Below, one piece after another: positions 55,640 through 64,000 of a DNA stretch of 64,000 nt. The stretch's first letter is position 1. Every line of letters begins with the position of its first letter. A model generated the notes under the pieces. It was given only the letters and a program-made list of their open reading frames with translations. It did not search any database and had not been told where the DNA came from. The translations under genes and the position numbers were made by a program. Source of the stretch: Podarcis pityusensis (lineage: Eukaryota); the NCBI GenBank assembly GCA_964106645.2, contig OZ067042.1; one strand, written 5' to 3'.

Positions 55640-56960
55640 GAATACACGTGTGTGGATCCCTTCCCGCCGCGGACTTGCAACCAAAGTTCTATTACGTAGA
55701 ATGGTAGTAAGTGCCTATAAATTACTGTACGGCCTTTTAAGTATTTGGGCCAGACAAACGGGGCTCACGCCCTACGGCGTTTGTCGTGGACCTTTCCCTG
55801 GTGTCGGGAGGCGCGCCTGCAAACACATGCCGGGTATGCATGTGCCACGTGCGCGCAGACGCGAGATCCCCATCCCATGCCACTGTTTCTCAACACGAGG
55901 ACTGAAATGCAACTTCACAGATGGCATTTTAGTAGCTAATAAAAGCGGCGTTCGGAGCGAGACCCAAGCCGGCGGCTCGACAGCAGACGCAACAAGGACT
56001 GGCGGCTTTCTCTGGCCTCCCCGGATCTGCTTTCCAAATGCGTAAAAGCGCAATATGGCTGTGAGCGCGAGGCAAGGCGAGCCTCCCTTCTGCCTGAGCG
56101 GCAGCTGCCCCTTTAAAAAATCCAAGGATGCCCCCCTCCAGGCTGTCGGTGACAAGCAGGCGCTATCCAATTACAGCCGGCAGCCCCCATGAACGGCTTT
56201 GTGTGCGACTGGGAGGAAGGCGAGAGGATGGCAGCAACAAGTCCTGCGCGCAAGCGGGCTGCAAGTCCTCGCCGCGGTGCCGCCGCCGCCTCGGGCTGCG
56301 CCCGCCCCCTCGACTAAGGGCGTGGCCAGGAGAGCGGCGCTGCGCTGGTGGCGCGGGAGAAACTTGGCACAGTCGCGTCCGGTGGGCTCCAGTGACCTCA
56401 GCTCAGGTAACGCGCCTGCACGCCATCCTCAGGTTGGGGAAGGGAGGGAGGGGTGCGCCGGGGAGGGCCAGCCTGTAATTTTAACGGGGACAGAACTGCA
56501 GGATGGATGGGATCCATAGCGATCTAAGTTAAAGCACTGTTGGCGAGGCTCTCGGAGCCCTGCAAAGCGGGATTCCGAGATCCGAGCTGCTTTTGCACTG
56601 CGGGCATCGTGCTCGGAAGTCTGAGAAGCGCCGTGTGGGCGGATGCTGCAGCGAGATCTTTAGTGTCATATTCACATCGCCTGGAGGGAAAGGCGAGATC
56701 AGCCTCTTTCCCTGCTGGGCTTACAGCAGAGATGGCCAAACCTCTGGGCGTTATGACTCATGTACCTTTAATAGTTGTGGGGAAAGCAGCAGATGCCTCT
56801 TGTCATGTCACGGCGCTTGCCCAGCTTGGAAAAGCTGCGCCTGTCAGAATTCCCTCGACGACGCATCTATTAAAGGGAAAGGAACGCCGCCGCTGAAAAC
56901 GGTTCTAGGTAGGACAAGGGGGGGGGGGGAGCAGCGGGATTCTCCCGGAGATAGAGGGGA
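55640..56960. promoter_or_regulatory. LRRC3: CpG island: LRRC3 promoter and putative non-coding exon 1 (donor at 56406)
   Basis: CpG-rich block. E-boxes CACGTG at about 55646 and 55846, TTTAAAAA at about 56112, CCAAT at about 56167. Donor CAG|GTAACG at 56406/56407 matches acceptor ttgctttgcctttgcag| at 59930. Confidence 0.75.
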
Positions 56961-59958
56961 TTTCTCCTCTATCATCATCACCATCGTCATCATCACTACA
57001 GTCAAAGACTGAGATCCATAACAGGATACATACAGCTGGTCATCAACACCCTATAATGCCCTGATGTTCAAATGCAAAATAACTTCAATTTTCTAGATCC
57101 CAGCTGGCCACTAGCAGGGCATATTTATACTACAGACTTAAGCTGTAGTGTAGCAGTCCTAGTCATTTCCTTTCCTCAGGGAACTCTGGGGATTGTAGTT
57201 CTATGAGTGAAGGTTTAGAGATGTCATAGAATTGTAAGTACCCTTCCCCAGACTACGGTTCCCATCCATCATAGTCAAGCTTGTATAAAACTGATACAAA
57301 TTTGTGGTGTAGAATGGGCTATGAGTAGCATAGGTTGAGGCATGGATTGATAAAGGCAACAGCAACAATAATGGCCATCGGTTATGCAGTTTTCAGTGTC
57401 TTGATTTTTTTAAAATTGGGGTCATTTTATCAACAGCCATACGAAGTTGGTAATATATTCTGAACATGATTCAAATAAATATTTGAGTGTTATGTACAAA
57501 TGCATGTGGCGAACCCGATAGACCTGGTTTCATTGAGGAAAAAATACTTCTGAAGGGTACGCTTTTTAAAGCAGAGGTGTGGTAGGGGTTAAGGGAGTGC
57601 CTAACCCCTTTCAGACTCATCACTTCTCCACTCCACATTGCCCTCCACAGCTGCTTTTCCCTCTGCAGAGGGTACACATTTTATTTATTTTAATGTATTT
57701 TAAAGTACTTTTATATCGCTTACTATTATTAAGAAAATCTCAAAGCAGTTCACAATGTAAAATATGTTCAGGAATGGGTGGGGTGATGCTGTCACTTACC
57801 TGAATGGGACAAGACAGTGGTAAGGTTGAAACACTGCCCCCCTACCGCCACACTTGGCAGTGTTGCTGCTGGGCGACTGGCACCACAGCGCTGGTTGCTC
57901 CTGCATACATTAAAACTATTCTGAAAAATACAAATATCAGAAAAATACATGATTGTAGAATCTAGCGTTAATTACTGGGAAAACCTTTGGTTAAATGGAT
58001 GTGGCAGAAGCATCCTGTTGTTAATACCTCTCTGATAACAGGGGAGAAGGCCCATTTCCTTCTTGCCACCTGTGGAGGAAAGGAGGGCAGGGCATTTCCT
58101 TACTTAATCTATAATAACAAAACCCATCTCTCATTCCATTGTTGCTCATTCAGTCTCGCTTACTTTGTCTGAACCCTTAACTTACCAGTAACCCAGTGAG
58201 GTTGGGGGATAGGCAAGGTACAAAGCTAGTAATATACAGATATTACATTTAACGAAGGTACTTTACCTTTATGACCTAGAAGATTATAAGGTGCACAAGT
58301 TTAGCTGGTTACTTTAAAATAGTGCTGTAGTATACGCTTTGTTGTTACTGTCAGTTTAAATATCAACAGCTTATATCCAACTATAATGTTAAGCGAAGAC
58401 AGCTTTAAGGAAGTAACTGCTTCCCTATAAAAATCTTTTGCCAAATTGCCCTTCTGTTCTCTCCACCCAAGTTAATCCCCACCAACACTGTAGTGGAGGA
58501 CTTTTCCCAATCCTTTTTTCTGACCTGTGTAAGTACTGGTTTGTCTTGCTGTACTGCCGTCAGAATCTTCCCTCACTACTCCTGCCACTCACCAGAGTCC
58601 AGCATTTCAAGCTGCTTCTTCCTTCTTCCTTCAGTGCTGCCGGCAGGTTCTCCCCTTTTCTATTCACCCTAAGCCAAATGCTTCCACTGTCCTTCAGCCA
58701 CCAAGCCGCTCTACCTGCCTCTCAGGTCTTCCTTCCTCTTATCCATCCTCTTCCTCTGGTTTTGTCTCTTCCTTTTGGCTGACTTCACAGACACCATGCA
58801 CCTCCAGCCATCTCCGGCCAACTAACTAACCACTGACCAGCAGCCGACCTTATATGCGCTTCTTCTGGCCCTTCCATTCCAGTCCCAGCCAATCACACTG
58901 TTTAACTGAAAGTTCTAAACCTGCACCCCCCAATCAACATGTGCATTCAATCCTTTATTTGCATACTGGGAATTCTAATACCAACCTTTCTTCATAGGTG
59001 TCAGTTAAGGCCCCGAGCGACAGTTAAACTAACTGCCACACAGAAAATTCCTCACATAAAAAAACATTACAATGGACGGTGCAATACAAATGTCAGAACA
59101 CATTGCATTGTAGCCAGTAAAATGTAATTCAAATGTAAAACAGGATTTATTCACATGTCCCCTGCCCTTTCTAAATGGAAGAACACCAATATCTAGATTA
59201 TCTTTAAAGTCCTCTTCAGCTATGATCCAAAACCAGTTAAGCACCCCTGCCTCCTGCTTCCACTGTTGGTGCCAGACCTGTGTTTGTACTAATCTCAGCC
59301 AATGTGGCTTTGGGAGCATGTATTTGCCAAGGCCATATGGGCTAACTTCTGCCGTCATTTGTTTGTGTGTCCCCCGCCCATGTCCATGGTTCTGAAGGAG
59401 GCTAAAAAGGCTACAGTTCCAGTGAAGGAAGGAAGGCTGGCTGGCTGTCAGGCCTTCGTAACATGCATTTGTAACATGTCCTCAAACTTTGTAGGACAGC
59501 AGGTGCTTGGTCGGCTGTCTTAGACTGAACCGGAGAATCACGAATCCTAGAAAAACCTATTCATATTGTCTTCCCTGTGGTGATCAGTGCCAGATTACCA
59601 AATAGGCAGAGTAAGCACCATCTTATGGGCCCTACAACAATGGGTCAAAATAATATTGATTTGATGTTGAAAGAAAATTACAACCAAGCTTTCTTAGTTC
59701 AAAGTGAGGGCCTCCCCCCCCCCCCGAGATTTCGACTGCCTAGGGGCCTCCACAGGGTTTAATCCGGCACTGATTTGGGTTGCTTACCCACCTCTGGAAG
59801 ACAAGAGAAATGAATGAGGAGCAGATGGCTGGGCCGGACATATGTCTCTACAGATAGCTGGGGGCTGGTGTGTGACGGTAGGAATTCCTAGTTCAAAAGA
59901 TTTTGAGAGAGCCTTGCTTTGCCTTTGCAGCCATGCAGGACTGCACACTCCTGACTGG

Positions 59959-60744
59959 ATGACCAGCATGTTTCTAGCAGCTGAAGCATCTCGGCCTGCG
60001 CTGTTGTTCTGGTCTCAAGCCCTCTTCTGCCTCCTCTTCTGCGCCCCTTCCGGTTGTTGTACCTCCTGCCCAGACCAGTGCCAGTGCACCAACTACTCGG
60101 GGGCCACAGCTGTTCTGTGCAGTGCTAGCAACCTAGATGAAATTCCAAAAGATATTCCCAAGGACACCATGTTTTTGAAACTGGATGCCAATAAGATCAC
60201 CTCTGTCCCTAATAGCACATTCAGGCACCTCGCCCACTTGCAGGAGATAGACCTCTCCAAAAATGCCATTGAGAAGATTGATTCTGCAGCGTTCAAAGGG
60301 GTTGCCGATGGCCTGCGGCTGCTTGACCTCTCTGGCAACCACATCCAGAGGATCCCAAAGGAAGCCCTGGTCAACTTAAATGCCATGATCCGCCTGTCCA
60401 ATAACCCCTGGCACTGTGAATGTACTCTGCAGGAAGTCTTGTGGGAAGTGAAACTAGACCCCGATTCAGTCAACGAGATCACCTGCCAGACATCTGTGCA
60501 AGAGGAGTATGCTGGGAAACCACTGCTCCATATCCTCGATTCGGGCATCAACTTTTGCAACATGCACCAGAAAACCACGGATGTCGCCATGTTTGTTACC
60601 ATGTTCAGCTGGTTTACTTTAGTCATCAGCTATGTGGTGTACTATGTTCGGCACAACCAAGAGGACACAAAGAAGCACCTGGAATATCTGAAATCCCTGC
60701 CTAGCACAAGGGTCCCTAAAGAGACCATCAGCACTATCCTGTAG
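59959..60744 (+). CDS. LRRC3: Leucine-rich repeat-containing protein 3 (type I membrane LRR protein, about 261 aa; alternative start at 59968)
   Basis: Signal peptide, LRRNT (CPDQCQC...VLCS), LRRs (LKLDANKI, IDLSKNAI, LDLSGNHI), LRRCT (NPWHCEC), TM segment (TTDVAMFVTMFSWFTLVISYVVYYV) and tail RHNQED..HLEYLKSLPS. LWEVKLDPDSV and synteny after TRPM2 favour LRRC3 over LRRC3B/C. The ORF-track start at 59842 lies upstream of the splice acceptor at 59930. Confidence 0.93.
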   Translation: MTSMFLAAEASRPALLFWSQALFCLLFCAPSGCCTSCPDQCQCTNYSGATAVLCSASNLDEIPKDIPKDTMFLKLDANKITSVPNSTFRHLAHLQEIDLSKNAIEKIDSAAFKGVADGLRLLDLSGNHIQRIPKEALVNLNAMIRLSNNPWHCECTLQEVLWEVKLDPDSVNEITCQTSVQEEYAGKPLLHILDSGINFCNMHQKTTDVAMFVTMFSWFTLVISYVVYYVRHNQEDTKKHLEYLKSLPSTRVPKETISTIL

Positions 60745-62707
60745 CCAGGAATGTTGATCCTTGGCTGGACTTCCAGTTTTCTATGTAGGAAAGAATGTTG
60801 GGAGGGACTTGGGACATTTATGTCCAACTAGTTCTGCAACAACTTTTTTTTTAACAAAAACAAACCAACAGTTTAATAGAAAATGAAAACTTGTTATATA
60901 AATATAGGAAGAGTGTCCAAGCCAAGGTTCCCATGTTCTGTGCCATATTACCAGCAGAAGGATTCCAGCATAAACTAGAGATAAGGAGATCTGCTTTCTA
61001 GGAGAACTTTAGGACAATGGACGGTTGTTGTGAGATGTTTACAATCAGGATTTGATTCTGTGGGAGAGACCCCAAAGCCCTGCAGTGTCTAGAACTCGGT
61101 GGCACCGAAAATGCTTTTGATTTCAATGGGAAGTATGTACATGGTTGACCTTTACTTGATTCTTTGGGACACTGCAAACACTCTCTCTCAGGAGTTTTTG
61201 GAACAACACAAAGTCCTTTCTCTCAAATTGGTAAATTGTGCAAGCATGCACACGTATAGATTCATGTACATGAGCAGGAATTATGTTTGATGTAAGCGTG
61301 CTTGTGTTGCAAAGCTGAAGAGGGTATGTGCTTCCTTTGGGCTTACGTATTACATGGCATTTGGCGTCTGCACTTCTTCACTCTCTGTTAGGTTACTAAC
61401 CTATTTTCATGGTGACCACTCTTAAGATGAGCATTGAAAATAATCAGAGAGGACAATTTTAAGCATATATTATGTAACAAACGAGCCTGAGCAGGCTTCT
61501 TCCACAGAAAGGGAGGAAGGAAGCACATGACCGAAAATGCTTATTTCTAAATATGCCTCTTTCTCATATCGCAAACCCACCACCCTTCCTCAAGGATGGT
61601 CCTAAGATGTAGCTGGTGCTGGTATTTAGTAAGGCGGAAAAGTAGGGTATGGATTATATGTAAACTAAACAAAAATTAGGGGGCACATGGCAGTGGCAAG
61701 TTGCTACACTCAACAAGTCTTTCCAGCTGACAAAAATTCCTAGGCAATGCAGCTCATTTGCTGAAACAATAAACAGTAAGGAAATAAAATTTCAAGTGGT
61801 TCCTCAAACTGTTAAAATAATCTCAGCTGCTGCAGTATTCAAAGCTCCAGTAGCCTTTTTAGAAAAATGGGTATAGCTACATGCATGCTTGTTGAGACTC
61901 TGTTTCTACAGCACACACAATCCAATTTAATAGTACTCTGGCAATTAACAGCCAAAATAAAAAAGAGGGATAACACAGTGCCAAAAGAACAGGATCTTAG
62001 GGTCTTTTTCAGATGATCCCTTTATGCACATTTGCTATTCAGCTGTTGTGCCCATGACTTCCTCAAGGTTGGGTTGCAGGGATATCTCTCAGCCCAACAC
62101 TCAGAACTGCTATGTCACATTACTGGCGGAACACAAATCATCCTTCTGTTAGCACACACATTGCTCCTGGGATGTCCTTGTAGTATGCAGTTGTGTATCA
62201 CAGACAACTTGTGCCTGTGACATCACTCATGACGCATTACACAAATGCCTGTTTTGTGAACTTTATATTGGGTGGCTGTGTGCTCTTTGGGTTCCATTGC
62301 CACCATAGTGGAGTGCTCATCCTGTGCTACTTTAAAAAGGAATGTTTGGACTTCTTCACACATTGCTTTTTCAAAAAAGGTTGGCACTGTCTAAGATTCC
62401 CTCACCTGACCATTTGCTCTTTAGTTTCAGGAGCACTGCTACTGCTGCTGCCTATAAAGATTTTTAGACACTTCAGAAAGATTAAAAAACAATACAGTCC
62501 CTGCCTATAGGGTGCATTTGAAAAAAGGGGATGGGCATAAAACAGCAAATTAAGCACTTTGAGGCACTTTCAGAATTTACACTAATGTTTAATGACCAAG
62601 TGGAGTGGCTATTAAGAGAGTGCTCCGGAAATGGAGAAGCCAATTGACAGTTTGTCATAGCCAAGCTGAAGAATGGAGTGGATATATTTTACTGGATTTT
62701 ATTTGTC

Positions 62708-62921
62708 TACGGTCATACTTCAGGTTGCGAACGCTGTGGGCTGTGCGTTTTCGGGTTACAGACCAGGCCGAACCCTGTAGTACTGGAACGGGTTACTTCC
62801 AGGTTTCAGCGCTCGCGCATGCACAGCAACACAAAATGACGTCACGTGCACAGACGCGGCGCTGTGGGTTGCGAACATGCCTTCCGTACAGATCACGTTC
62901 GCAATCCGAGGTATGACTGTA
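62708..62921. mobile_element. Tc1/mariner-type MITE
   Basis: TA|CGGTCATACTTCAGGTTGCGAACG ... CGTTCGCAATCCGAGGTATGACTG|TA. Confidence 0.8.
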
Positions 62922-62923
62922 TT

Positions 62924-63083
62924 TACTGTATTTTTCTGTGTATAAGACGCCCCCTATTTTGGGGGACTCCAAATTAAGAAAACACCCCTCAGCACTACCC
63001 ATGTAAAAGATGAGCGCCACTTTTAAACCTAATTTTGTGGTAAAAAACACACACCCTAGTCTTATACACAGAAAAATACAGTA
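62924..63083. mobile_element. Pogo/Tigger-like MITE
   Basis: Perfect 25-nt inverted termini TACTGTATTTTTCTGTGTATAAGAC / GTCTTATACACAGAAAAATACAGTA including the TA TSD. Confidence 0.88.
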
Positions 63084-64000
63084 ATTTTCTTGCCGAGTGT
63101 GACTATCCGCCCCCCCCCCCCCGCAGATACAGTGCTGGAGCACTCCTACTGCACATTTTTAAAGAAGTTGTATATCCTTTAAAAAAGTGATATCCTTTCC
63201 TTGACCAGATGATTACCTGCATCCATTATACATAAGGATGACATATTATGCTGTTGATGCTGGATCAGAGCTAATGCAAGCACAATGGATAAAATCTGGT
63301 ATGTTGTGTGTGTGTGTTTATTGTCTGGAAAACAGTCGTACACATTATGCTGAAGCTTAAATCAGGTGTTGTCAAGCCTAAATCAAGTATCTTTTCAGCA
63401 ACAATTCCACTCTGTGGGTCCAGGGGCAGGAAGCCAGCCCAGAAAGACACCATTCATCTTATTTCAAGCAGATGAATGTAGGACTTGGTTATAACCGAAA
63501 AGGAATAATTAGCAAGTTTTGCTGGGAGGGTTTTGCTCTTTATTTGTGCCTGGTGTGTGTTGGTGTGTGTGTGTGTTACCTAGGCAACAGCTACCCACAG
63601 CACTGTTTAGCCGAAATGTTTGGACTTCTTCACACATTGCTTTTTCAAAGAAGCTTGGCACTGTCTTAAGACTCCCTCACCTCAAAGGAACTGTCAAAAT
63701 GTGAAAGTAACAAACAGGTGACATCATCTAGGTCAGAGAACCAGGAGCAGCTTTCTGACTGACTTTAGAGATCACAACTCACCGATAACAGCCCCTGCTC
63801 TGAATGCAGAAGGTACAAGATTAAATCTCTGCTACCTCCGGTTAAAAGTATCAGGTAACAGCTGATGGTCAGAAAAACTTCCATGAGACCCTAGACAGCC
63901 ATTCCCAGCTGGAATATTGGTGTATGTCCAGAGTAGCCAGTGGTGTGCCATCCAGATGTGTTGGACTACAACTGCCATCATCCCTGGCCATGATGGCTGA

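Larger units (their letters stand above)
62341..63682 (+). repeat. Dispersed ~67-bp direct repeat (62341-62407 and 63615-63682)
   Basis: AATGTTTGGACTTCTTCACACATTGCTTTTTCAAA (35 nt identical), then ..TTGGCACTGTCT(T)AAGA.TCCCTCACCT. Confidence 0.9.

Noticed and set aside
55650-57012. Cluster of 100-139 aa ORFs on both strands (also the plus-strand ORFs at 11717-12146)
   Set aside because: Long open frames are expected in stop-poor CpG islands; low-complexity Arg/Gly/Pro/Ala content and no recognisable domains
59842-59958. N-terminal 39 aa of the 300-aa ORF as part of LRRC3
   Set aside because: The start lies upstream of a strong splice acceptor at 59930 and would bury the signal peptide; likely intronic read-through
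60093-60626. 177-aa minus-strand ORF, and similar antisense ORFs over TRPM2 and CFAP410 exons
   Set aside because: Antisense shadows of real coding exons with no independent coding signal

Overview
Eukaryotic (vertebrate) genomic DNA, almost certainly from a squamate reptile and probably a lacertid lizard. The evidence is Sauria-type SINEs with (ACCTTT)n tails, a tRNA-Lys/CR1-tail SINE and abundant hAT and Tc1/mariner MITEs. Three complete protein-coding genes were reconstructed by hand from GT-AG boundaries and reading frame, in the same order and orientation as human 21q22.3. CFAP410/C21orf2 is on the minus strand (7 coding exons, 11845->4479, 774 nt, 257 aa). TRPM2 is on the plus strand (32 coding exons, 19141->50404, 4524 nt, 1507 aa, with MHR, S1-S6, TRP helix and NUDT9-H domains intact). 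LRRC3 is on the plus strand (one coding exon, 59959-60744, probably with a non-coding first exon in a CpG island). Most short ORFs in the supplied track are noise, antisense shadows of exons, or LINE fragments (CR1, L2, Rex1). I found no evidence for a wholly new multi-gene system. The best leads are regulatory or structural: a candidate spliced antisense transcript with its own CCAAT/TATA promoter in LRRC3 intron 1; uORFs in TRPM2 and LRRC3; an in-frame upstream ATG and an RFX X-box at CFAP410; lineage-specific TRPM2 pore and NUDT9-H residues; a 29-bp intronic hairpin; and several datable nested insertions. Comparisons with human proteins are from memory and need confirming by alignment.
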